64,000 bases of DNA, from positions 16,055 through 80,054 of the forward strand of contig DFNJ01000013.1 of the NCBI GenBank assembly GCA_002376005.1. Direction: 5' to 3'. The position numbers were made by a program, and so were the translations under genes. How positions within the stretch are numbered: the first letter of the stretch is position 1; every line of letters begins with the position of its first letter. The notes below the pieces were generated by a model that saw only the letters and a program-made list of their open reading frames with translations, had not been told where the DNA came from and did not search any database. Shown piece by piece: positions 29,337-37,942 of the stretch. This DNA is from Firmicutes bacterium UBA3570. Its GTDB lineage: Bacteria; Bacillota; Sulfobacillia; UBA3561.

Positions 29337-30227
29337 TTGCCCGAGCTTACTCGCAGCATCAAGATCGTGTGGTTGCATGCCGTCGGCTGCACCGGTTGCT
29401 CCATCTCCACTTTCAACTCCACCTATCCCCACGCTCCCCAGATCCTCCTGGAGGAGATCCTACCCGGCATCCGCGTGGAGATCCTCTTCCATTCCACCCT
29501 CATGAAGGCTCATGGGTCCCGAGCGCTCAAGCCCGTACGGGAGGCTGCCGCCGGGCGCTTCCCCTTTCTGTTGGTGGTGGAGGGTGCGATACCGGTAGGG
29601 CCCCAGAGCTACCTGGGTGGCATCGGGGGTGGTAAGGATCTGCCATCGCTGGTGGAAGACCTGGCCCGGCATTGCACAGCCACAGTCGCGCTGGGGACCT
29701 GTGCCGCCTACGGGGGGCTCGCCGCTGCCCGGCCAAATCCTGGGCAGTGTCGGGGTGTGTGGGATTTCCTGGAGAGCCGGGGCCTGGAGGCGGCAGTGAT
29801 CAATCTCCCCGGTTGCCCACCTCATCCGGATTGGGTGATCGGTACCCTTGCTGCTGTAGCAGCAGGGCGGTTCGATGTTACCCGCGATCTGGACGACGAG
29901 CTGCGCCCGGTAATGTACTACGGCACGCTGGTCCATCAGTGGTGCCCGCGCCGGGCGTCCTTCGATGAGGGTAAGTTTGCCAAGAAGCTCGGCGACCCCG
30001 GCTGTCTGTACGAGCTGGGCTGCAAGGGATCGATCACGTACGGTGATTGTCCTCAGCGGCATTGGAACAACCGGGTCTCCTGGTGCATAGGAGTTGGCGC
30101 TCCCTGCAGCGGCTGCACCCAACCGGAATTCCCCGACTGGCTTGGTGGCTTCCAGGAGAAGATCACCGACGTACAGCTGCCCACCATCGGCGAATACTGG
30201 CAGCAGAGGAGGGAGCGAGGGAGATGA
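29337..30227 (+). CDS. [NiFe]-hydrogenase small subunit, cytoplasmic (no Tat signal)
   Basis: WLHAVGCTGCSIS, VVEGAIP, GTCAAYGG, NLPGCPPHPDW, HQWCPRR, GCLYELGCKG, WCIGVGAPCSGC. Confidence 0.95.
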   Translation: MPELTRSIKIVWLHAVGCTGCSISTFNSTYPHAPQILLEEILPGIRVEILFHSTLMKAHGSRALKPVREAAAGRFPFLLVVEGAIPVGPQSYLGGIGGGKDLPSLVEDLARHCTATVALGTCAAYGGLAAARPNPGQCRGVWDFLESRGLEAAVINLPGCPPHPDWVIGTLAAVAAGRFDVTRDLDDELRPVMYYGTLVHQWCPRRASFDEGKFAKKLGDPGCLYELGCKGSITYGDCPQRHWNNRVSWCIGVGAPCSGCTQPEFPDWLGGFQEKITDVQLPTIGEYWQQRRERGR

Positions 30228-31687
30228 GGCGGATCAGCATTGAACCAGTGACTCGAGTGGAAGGCCACCTGAAAGTGGAGGTTGAGGTTTCCGACGGGCG
30301 GGTGGTGCGTGCGGAGAGCTCTGGACTTCTCTTCCGGGGAGTGGAACTGGTCCTGCGCGGTAGAGATCCTAGAGATGCCCCGGTGATCACCCAGCGCGTG
30401 TGCGGTGTGTGCCCTCAATCGCATGGCATTGCCGCGTGCCTGGCCCTGGAGGCGGCGGCCGGCATGCGGGAAGCGGTGCCCAGGAATGGGGAGCTCATCC
30501 GCGGCATGGTGATGGCCGTACAGCACGCGGCAGATCACATCTTGCACTTTTACGTTCTCGGTGGGCTGGACTATTTCTCACCGGTGCCGCACGCCGTGGG
30601 ATTGTTCGGTCCCACCACCGAAGATCGGCGCTTGGTGGATCAAGAGCTGGACCGCATGCGACGGCATTACGTGGAGGCCCTGGAGACCTGGCGGCTGGGC
30701 CAGGAGGTGATCAGCCTGGCCGTGGGGCGCAGTCCGCACAGCACCGGTCTCCTGCCGGGAGGCGTACCCCTGGTTCCTCGGGAGGATGATATCCTGGCCT
30801 GGCGCTTCCGGATCGCGAGAATGCGAGATTTCATCCAGCGATGTTACCTACCGGATGCCCAGCTCCTCTGCCGGCGTTATCCGGAATATCTGCAAATGGG
30901 GTCTGCCCACGGCGATTTTCTGGCCTATGGGGCCGGGGTGATCTGTGATTCAGCGCCTCTATATGCGGGGTTCCTGCCCAGCGAGGGCGAGCTGCACCCA
31001 CTGGCGCTGGAACGGATTTCGGAAGGTGTCAGCAGATCCTGGTATCGCGAGACGGAGGAGGACGGGGAGGCAGTCCCCAGCCGGCTGGAGCCAATGGAAA
31101 GCAAGGCGGAAGGGTATAGCTGGATCAAGGCACCCCGTTACCAGGGGCGGGCCGCCGAGGTAGGGCCGCTGGCTCAGCTGTTCGTGGGCAGTCAAGCGGG
31201 GCAGGAGGAGTTCTGGTCCCAGGTGGCGGATTTGCTGGCCGGCGCGGGAGCCGATCTGGAGGGTCTTTCCTCCACCATGGGGAGAAACCTCGCCCGGGCC
31301 ATCATGGCCTGGTTGATGATCCAGTGGGCCATGCAGTGCGCGGACAGCGTGGCGCCGGGGGAGCCGGCCAGCGTGGCGTTTGAGGTTCCCCGCGAAGGCG
31401 AAGGGATTGGCTTGACCGAGGCGCCGAGGGGAGCGCTATTACATTGGGTGGTGATCCGCAATGCCAAGATCGCCTCGTACCGCATCATCTCGCCCACCAC
31501 TTGGAACGCTTCACCCCGCGACCACGCTGGCCTCCCGGGCCCAATGGAGCGCGCGGTGGTAGGCCTGCCCGTAGCGGACGACGAGGATCTTACGGCGGTC
31601 TTGAGGACGGTGAGGTCCTTCGACCCATGTCTTGCCTGCGCCGTACACCTGGTAGAGTTGAAAAAAGTAGGAGGTGAAACGCGTTGA
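30224..31687 (+). CDS. [NiFe]-hydrogenase large subunit (group 1-like)
   Basis: IEPVTRVEGH, L1 QRVCGVCPQSH, YSWIKAPRY, EAPRGALLHW, L2 SFDPCLACAVH plus cleavable C-terminal extension. Confidence 0.96.
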   Translation: MRRISIEPVTRVEGHLKVEVEVSDGRVVRAESSGLLFRGVELVLRGRDPRDAPVITQRVCGVCPQSHGIAACLALEAAAGMREAVPRNGELIRGMVMAVQHAADHILHFYVLGGLDYFSPVPHAVGLFGPTTEDRRLVDQELDRMRRHYVEALETWRLGQEVISLAVGRSPHSTGLLPGGVPLVPREDDILAWRFRIARMRDFIQRCYLPDAQLLCRRYPEYLQMGSAHGDFLAYGAGVICDSAPLYAGFLPSEGELHPLALERISEGVSRSWYRETEEDGEAVPSRLEPMESKAEGYSWIKAPRYQGRAAEVGPLAQLFVGSQAGQEEFWSQVADLLAGAGADLEGLSSTMGRNLARAIMAWLMIQWAMQCADSVAPGEPASVAFEVPREGEGIGLTEAPRGALLHWVVIRNAKIASYRIISPTTWNASPRDHAGLPGPMERAVVGLPVADDEDLTAVLRTVRSFDPCLACAVHLVELKKVGGETR

Positions 31688-32403
31688 TTCTCACTGCGCC
31701 CAAGCCCTGGCGGGAAATCCTGGAGATGGTGGCGGAGGATCGGCGCATCTTCATCCTGGGTTGCAACGGATGCGCTGATGCGGCTCATACCGGTGGTCTC
31801 CCTCAGGTGGTGGAGATGAAACAACGTCTGGAGGAAAGGGGCAAAGAGGTCACTGGGTACGCGGTGATAGATTTCCTGTGCCAGAAAGCCCTGGTCAAGT
31901 CGCGCCTGCGGCCCAAGGCGGCGGAGGTTATGGCAGCGGATTCGCTGCTACTGATGGCCTGTGGAGTAGGAGTGCAGGCAGTTGCACGCTGCGTGGACAA
32001 AGTGTGTCGCCCCGCATGCAACACCGTGCCGCTTGGGCATACCCGCGGCAAGTGGCAGGGAGCCGAGAGATGTCTGGAGTGCGGTGAGTGCGTGCTGGAT
32101 TATACCGGCGGGCTGTGTCCCTTGACGGTGTGCGCGAAGGGCTTGTTGAACGGGCCTTGCGGGGGAGCCGCGCAGGGAGTGTGCGAGACGGAGCCGGATC
32201 GCAAGTGCGGCTGGGAGGACATCTACGCGCGCCTCAAGCGCATGGGCAAGCTCAACCTGCTGCGCCGCTTCGTACCGCCCAAGGATTACGGGAAGATGCT
32301 GGCACCTGCCCGACTGAGCACCACGGCCCTGTGGGCCATCGAGCAGGAGGTACCAGGCCACCATTACAGCCCAGTGAGCCAGAGTGAGGAGGGAAGCGGA
32401 TGA
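31684..32403 (+). CDS. metV: MetV (methylene-THF reductase Fe-S/Zn subunit, MTHFR_C domain)
   Basis: GCNGCA, ACGVGVQAV, CLECGECVLDYTGGLCPLTVCAKGLLNGPCGG, CGWEDIY. Confidence 0.9.
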   Translation: MILTAPKPWREILEMVAEDRRIFILGCNGCADAAHTGGLPQVVEMKQRLEERGKEVTGYAVIDFLCQKALVKSRLRPKAAEVMAADSLLLMACGVGVQAVARCVDKVCRPACNTVPLGHTRGKWQGAERCLECGECVLDYTGGLCPLTVCAKGLLNGPCGGAAQGVCETEPDRKCGWEDIYARLKRMGKLNLLRRFVPPKDYGKMLAPARLSTTALWAIEQEVPGHHYSPVSQSEEGSG

Positions 32404-33683
32404 GCCTGCGTTCGGCTCTGGAGTCCGGCAAGTTCGTGGTCACGGCGGAAGTGGGACCGCCCAAGGGCATTGAACTGGATGAGGTGCTGGAGTGCGCGCG
32501 CCTGCTGCGAGGCAGGGTTGACGGGGTGAACGTGACTGACCTGCAGAGCTCCATCCTCAGGCTGGGTTCGCTGGCCACCTGCCACATCCTGAAAGAGCAG
32601 GGCCTGGAACCCATCCTGCAAATCACCTGCCGCGACCGCAACCGCCTGGCGCTGCAATCGGACCTCTTGAGCGCGGCCCTGCTGGGCATCGAGAACGTGC
32701 TGGTGCTCACCGGTGATTATCCCCTCTTGGGCGATCACCCCCAGGCCAAGCCGGTGTTCGATCTGGATTCGGTCCAGCTGCTGTGGGTGCTGCGGAAGAT
32801 GCAGGAAGGCTACGACGCGGTGGGCAACCGGCTTCAGGGCAAGCCCAGCTTCTTCGTGGGGGCGGTGGTGAATACAGGAGTGGACTCGGAGGCGGCACTG
32901 GAGTTGCAGATCCTCAAGATGGAGAAGAAGATCGACCAAGGAGCCCGTTTCTTCCAGACCCAGGTGATCTTCGATGTCAAGCGATTTCGACGGTTCATGG
33001 AGCGGGTCAACGGACGGCGGGTCCCCATTCTTGCCGGCATCATGCTGTTGAAGTCGGCGCGGATGGCCCGCTACATGAACGAGAACGTCCCTGGGGTCTT
33101 CGTCCCCGAGCCCATCATCAAGCGCATGGCCCGGACCAAGGACAAGGTGCGCACCGCCATAGAGATTGCCGCCGAGTTGGTGGAAGAAATTCGCCCGTAC
33201 TGCCAGGGCATCCACATCATGTCCGTGGGGTGGGAGAGGTATATCCCTGACCTTTTGGATGCTCTGGGAGTGGAGCCGCAGCTGGCCACGGTCATGGTGA
33301 TAGATCGCGACGTGCACTTCTTGGACTTTGTTTCCCGCGCCCTTTCCTCGTCGCGCTGTTCGGTGGTGGGAATCACCCAGTCGTCGGAAGTGCTGAGACG
33401 GTTGCAGGCCCAGCCCGCGGACCTCATCATTTTGGGTACTCTCGAACGACCCGACGAGGCACCTCGGCTGTGTCGCCTTCTCAAGGCCCACCCCGCCTTC
33501 GAGGACATTCCCATCCTGGTTGCCGACGTGTCTCGAGAGCGGTTGGGAGGGACCGGCTGGCGTCGGGAAGACGGACTGTCCATGGAGGCCGACGACTACG
33601 TGGTTAGGCCCATAACCGAGGAGGAGCTGACAGAACGGGTGCGGGCCCTCTTGGGCTGGAAGGGCTCTGCCCTGGCGATTTGA
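32400..33683 (+). CDS. metF: Methylenetetrahydrofolate reductase fused to a C-terminal receiver-like domain
   Basis: VTAEVGPPKG, QITCRDRNRLALQSDL, LTGDYP, KKIDQGARFFQTQ, GIHIMSVGW; then VMVIDRD...DLIILG...ADDYVVRP receiver fold. Confidence 0.92.
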   Translation: MSLRSALESGKFVVTAEVGPPKGIELDEVLECARLLRGRVDGVNVTDLQSSILRLGSLATCHILKEQGLEPILQITCRDRNRLALQSDLLSAALLGIENVLVLTGDYPLLGDHPQAKPVFDLDSVQLLWVLRKMQEGYDAVGNRLQGKPSFFVGAVVNTGVDSEAALELQILKMEKKIDQGARFFQTQVIFDVKRFRRFMERVNGRRVPILAGIMLLKSARMARYMNENVPGVFVPEPIIKRMARTKDKVRTAIEIAAELVEEIRPYCQGIHIMSVGWERYIPDLLDALGVEPQLATVMVIDRDVHFLDFVSRALSSSRCSVVGITQSSEVLRRLQAQPADLIILGTLERPDEAPRLCRLLKAHPAFEDIPILVADVSRERLGGTGWRREDGLSMEADDYVVRPITEEELTERVRALLGWKGSALAI

Positions 33684-34141
33684 AAGGCGAAAAGCTATAC
33701 CTGGTGGCTCTGGGCAGTCCCTTGCGAGGAGACGACGGGGCTGCCCTGGTGTTGATGCAGCGCCTGGCGGCGTTCCGCTGGCCCCCATGGGTGCGCCTGG
33801 TGACGTGCGTCGCCGGTGACGTGGGGACCCTGCTACAGCTGCCGTCCGGGCCGGTGGTGGTGATGGACGTCCTCCACGATGGGGGCCCGCCGGGGCGAGT
33901 GGTGATGCTGAGCATTGAGCGGCTGCCGCTGGAGGTGGTCACATCCCTCCACCAGGCGCCGCTGGCTGCGCTCCGTGTGCTCTGCCGCGGCCGCGGGCTA
34001 CTGGTGGGCTGCACGGTATCGGATAGCGCGCTGTGGGGAATGACTCTCAGCCCTCCCGTCCGGTCAGCTCTTCCTTGCTGGGGAGCCACGGTCATCCAGG
34101 CGGTGTGGTTGATGGGTTGCCCGGCGGCACTCATCACCTGA
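33680..34141 (+). CDS. Hydrogenase maturation protease (HyaD/HybD-like)
   Basis: LVALGSPLRGDDGAA, VVVMD, GPPG, SLHQ, LSPPVRSAL. Confidence 0.85.
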   Translation: MKGEKLYLVALGSPLRGDDGAALVLMQRLAAFRWPPWVRLVTCVAGDVGTLLQLPSGPVVVMDVLHDGGPPGRVVMLSIERLPLEVVTSLHQAPLAALRVLCRGRGLLVGCTVSDSALWGMTLSPPVRSALPCWGATVIQAVWLMGCPAALIT

Positions 34142-34553
34142 ATGGTTGGTCGGTGCTGACTGATCAGGGCTGAGGTTCCCGGAGAACGAGTCCACATCGT
34201 GCGGCAGAGGTAGGCGGCTGATGCGGACGTGACCGCGACGCGCAGCCTGTCCGCCTGGGTGCCGCGCTCGCATGCTGCGGAAGCGTCACGGGTGCTCGGT
34301 TGTTACTGCATCAATCCGCCTCGGTCCGCGGGCATGCTCCTCGGGGCCCGGTCTTGCCCATCCCATTGCTGAAACTTCGGCTTCCCCCTGCTTGGTGCCT
34401 TTAGGAGCCGGTAATCCCTCGCCGTCGCCGGGAAGGGATCCGGCTCTGCCCGAGCTGTCTGGCCACAGCTCCAGGGCCACCCCAGGGAGGGGCAGGAAGG
34501 CCCCCGCTCGGTGAAGAACGTACTATGATCGGCAGGAAGGAGAAGGTGCCAGG

Positions 34554-37247
34554 TTGGTTGCTGCTGGTCGGAAAGCAAGGAAAGATCCGCGAGGTGGCGC
34601 ACGGGCCCAGTCGGCGGGCCCAGGCGCCGTTCAGCTTAAAGGGCTGCTGTTGGTGGCTTGCGTCGCCCTCATCGGCGGCACCGTGTACTTCCGCGGCCTG
34701 TACTTCACCGGCGAGCAGCTCCTCTTCGGCTCGGTCCTGGCCGCGGGCTTCCTGGTCTTTCTGGCCACCTGCTGGCGCGACCCGGCGCTAAGACCCCACA
34801 GCCTAGCCGACTGGGCGGCTATCGGCTTAGTGATTGCCTATGTCCTTTCGTGCATGGTGGCGGTTAATCGGCGAGCCGCCCTCCAGGAGATGCTGAAATA
34901 CTCGTGGTACGTGATGGCGTACTGGATGATCAGCAGGCTGGCTCAACAATCGCAGATCAGGCGCCGGTTGGCGGCAGTAGTGGCGCTGGCAGCGCTGGGG
35001 GTGGCCCTTTTGGGCCTGGGTGCAGCGCTGGGGATCGTGTCCTACCGTGGAGCTTACCAGGGTGGGCGCATATCGTCCACCATCCAGTATCCCAACTCCC
35101 TGGCTGCCTACCTCACCGCGGGCGGGCTCCTCATGTTAGGGCTGGGAGCTGATGGCGGCAGGGCGGGAGCGGCGGGCTGGGGGGCGGCAGCGTCCCTGGT
35201 GCTGCTGACCATCGTCTTCAGCTATTCCCGGGGAGCGTGGTTGCTCCTGCCCGGGGTACTGCTGCTGGCTTTGGTCGCGGCGGGGTCGGGTCGGCGACTG
35301 CGAATGGGCGTACAGCTGGTGGCGGCCGCGGCGCCCGCCGTGGTGGGGATACCGCTATTCGCCCGGTTTATCGGCCGCGGGTGGAGCGGCGTTGCGGTGC
35401 TGGTCGCGGTGGGCGGAGCGGCTGCCGGGTTGGCGCTGCTGGGCAGGGCGTTTTTGGCCCTCACCGGTCGGCAGAAGGCACTGGTGGGTCTGGTGGCCGC
35501 CCTGGTGGTAGCGGGCAGCGGCGTGCTGATGGCCTATCATCAGCTGGGGCGGCCGCTGGCCCTCGAACATTCCCCTTCCGAGCCCAGCAGCATGAAACAG
35601 TACGAAGAGTGGATCCCGGTGAATCCGGACGCTTCGTATTGTTTGGAGCTGGAAGTGCGGGCGGGAGGCAATGAAGGGGCGCCGTGGCACTGGCGGGTGG
35701 AGGTGTGGAGTTACAACGCACTTAACCAGGCGGCCCGGTTGGGACTGCAGCAAGGCAAGGGTAACGATGACTGGCAGTCGGTACGATTGGAATTCACCAC
35801 CCGGGCTGACACCCAGAGAATTCATCTGCTGCTTCGGAACCAGCATGCTGGTACTTGGGCGGTCTACCGGAATATCGTGTTGACCGGACCCGGGGGTAGC
35901 CAGGAGCTGGGGTTTCATCTCTCCAAGCTGCTCCCCGCCCGGCTGCTCAGTCGTCTGCGCGAACTGGACCCGGGGACCTTCAGCGCCTGGTCACGGCTGG
36001 TCTGGACCAGGGACGCGCTGGTCTTGGGAGCCCAGAGACCTTTCCTGGGGGCGGGGGGAGGGGGATGGAAGGCACTTTATCTCGGCCATCAGAGCTGGGG
36101 CTACTGGACCAAGGAGGTCCATAACCACTTCGCACAGGTTTGGGTGGAGACGGGCGTGGTGGGGCTTACCGCCTGGTTGGCATTCTGGGCCGGGGTGGCA
36201 CAGCTGGCATTTCGGGCGGTGCGTGAGCGGGCTCCCCTGTGGTTGGTGGCCGGGCTGGTCCCCGGTGGGGTGGGTCTGCTGCTTCACAGCGTGCTGGATT
36301 TCAACCTGTCGCTGGCCGGCATCAGTCTGTACCTGTTCTGCCTGGCAGCACTGGTACGGGCGGACGCTGTTTCAGGGAGCCAGAAAAGGACAAGGCGTCC
36401 GCGTTCTTGGTGGCGGGCAGTGGTTGCGTGCTTCACGGCCGGGGTCCTGGTGCTGTCCCTGGTGCTTTATGCGGGCTTTGCCCACGGCCAGGCGGGGGTC
36501 CGCCTGATGAAGGAAGGTCGCATATCGGAAGCCCGGGAGGCGTTCAGGCGCGCAGCCCGTTATGACCCGTGGCAGGCTTCCTTCTGGATGGATCTGGCTC
36601 ACTGTAACGAGCATCTGGCCCGCGCCGAGGGCTCGCCAGTGGGACTGAAGGTCGCCGACGAGTACTTCCGCCGAGCCCTGGACCTCGAGCCGTACAACCC
36701 CAGCTACCGGGCCCTGTACGGAGCATTCTGTCTGCGGGTGGGCAATCCATTCGCCGGGCTGAGCCAGCTGGAGCGGGCGCTCAAGCTGCACCCTCACCAT
36801 CCCCAGCGCTACGAGGATCTTGCCCGCGCTCATCGTCTGGTGGGAGAAATGCTGCTGACGGCGGGGCGGGAGGATTTGGCCCGGGCTCATTTGCGCCGGG
36901 CGGTGAGTGTGGGGGAAGAGATGCGCCAAGTGCGGGATGGGGAGCCGGAGCGGGCGGGGCACCGGCGGCTACCGGAAAGGACCCCGGCGCTGGCGCTGGA
37001 GACCGGGATCTGTCACTTCTGGCTGGGTGAACTGTCGGAGGCCCAGCAGGATCTGGAGTATGCATCGCGCACTCGGGACCGCCGGGTCAAAGGGGAGGCT
37101 TTGTTATACCTGGGATTGGTGGCCGGGCGTCAGCAGGGGGAGGAGGCGGCTGAAAAGCTGCTGCGGGAGGCGCTCCGTCTGGCTCCTGATTTACAGGAAC
37201 AGCTGCAGCGGCTACACGAGGTGCTGAAGAAACACCCCGCCACCTGA
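34554..37247 (+). CDS. O-antigen ligase (Wzy_C) family membrane protein with carbohydrate-binding-like insert and C-terminal TPRs
   Basis: RISSTIQYPNSLA, SYSRGAW, GAGGGGW, EVHNHFAQVWVETG, LHSVLDFNLS; beta-rich insert; TPR-like helices. Confidence 0.85.
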   Translation: MVAAGRKARKDPRGGARAQSAGPGAVQLKGLLLVACVALIGGTVYFRGLYFTGEQLLFGSVLAAGFLVFLATCWRDPALRPHSLADWAAIGLVIAYVLSCMVAVNRRAALQEMLKYSWYVMAYWMISRLAQQSQIRRRLAAVVALAALGVALLGLGAALGIVSYRGAYQGGRISSTIQYPNSLAAYLTAGGLLMLGLGADGGRAGAAGWGAAASLVLLTIVFSYSRGAWLLLPGVLLLALVAAGSGRRLRMGVQLVAAAAPAVVGIPLFARFIGRGWSGVAVLVAVGGAAAGLALLGRAFLALTGRQKALVGLVAALVVAGSGVLMAYHQLGRPLALEHSPSEPSSMKQYEEWIPVNPDASYCLELEVRAGGNEGAPWHWRVEVWSYNALNQAARLGLQQGKGNDDWQSVRLEFTTRADTQRIHLLLRNQHAGTWAVYRNIVLTGPGGSQELGFHLSKLLPARLLSRLRELDPGTFSAWSRLVWTRDALVLGAQRPFLGAGGGGWKALYLGHQSWGYWTKEVHNHFAQVWVETGVVGLTAWLAFWAGVAQLAFRAVRERAPLWLVAGLVPGGVGLLLHSVLDFNLSLAGISLYLFCLAALVRADAVSGSQKRTRRPRSWWRAVVACFTAGVLVLSLVLYAGFAHGQAGVRLMKEGRISEAREAFRRAARYDPWQASFWMDLAHCNEHLARAEGSPVGLKVADEYFRRALDLEPYNPSYRALYGAFCLRVGNPFAGLSQLERALKLHPHHPQRYEDLARAHRLVGEMLLTAGREDLARAHLRRAVSVGEEMRQVRDGEPERAGHRRLPERTPALALETGICHFWLGELSEAQQDLEYASRTRDRRVKGEALLYLGLVAGRQQGEEAAEKLLREALRLAPDLQEQLQRLHEVLKKHPAT

Positions 37248-37263
37248 ACCTGCCGTCGGGATG

Positions 37264-37809
37264 TTATCGGAAGAACAGTAGACCCACCGCGATACCCGCC
37301 AGCGCGGCCCAAATGGGGCTTGCCCAGCGGAGGTACACCGCGGCGAAGGCAGCTGTAAACAGGGCCGCGGTCAGCACCAGCCGCCAGCTGCTGCCACCAG
37401 GGAAGGAAGCCTGAGCCAAACGGACCACCGCCACCAATATCAGTGCCACCACCACCGGCCTCAGCCCGCTCAAGGCGGCGCGCAGCCACCTCTGGTCGCT
37501 GTAGCGGAGGTACACCATGGTCAGCAGCAGGATGGCCATTATCGGAGGTGTGATGAGTCCCGCATTGGCGGCCAGCACCCCTGGCAGTCCCGCCACTTTG
37601 TAACCCACGAAGGTGGCTATGTTGACCATGATGGGGCCGGGAGTGACCTCCGCCACCGAAACGATGTCGGCGAACTCCTGCGGGGTGAGCCAGGCGCGGC
37701 GATGGAGCACCTCCTGCTGCAGCAAGGCCAGCATGGCATAGCCGCTCCCAAAGGTGAACATTCCCACTTTGGCGAAGGTGACTGCCAAATTCAAGATCAG
37801 TGGCAGCAC
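37264..37809 (-). CDS. Short-chain chromate transporter (ChrA family)
   Basis: FAKVGMFTFGSGYAM, AEVTPGPIMVNIATFVGYKVAG. Confidence 0.9.
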   Translation of the reverse strand: MLPLILNLAVTFAKVGMFTFGSGYAMLALLQQEVLHRRAWLTPQEFADIVSVAEVTPGPIMVNIATFVGYKVAGLPGVLAANAGLITPPIMAILLLTMVYLRYSDQRWLRAALSGLRPVVVALILVAVVRLAQASFPGGSSWRLVLTAALFTAAFAAVYLRWASPIWAALAGIAVGLLFFR

Positions 37810-37942
37810 TTCAACCCCTCCACGCAGGTCGGTACCACTGGGCATTCCTGGCATCAGGTCCTTTCGCATTCGGTGCACATTCCTTATCTCACACTCGTTT
37901 GGCTCTGATGGTGGCAGTCTCCTGCCCGGTGGTCGTCTCCAG

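Noticed and set aside
31610-31650. Possible selenocysteine in the hydrogenase L2 motif
   Set aside because: The codons are TGT/TGC (DPCLAC); there is no in-frame TGA.
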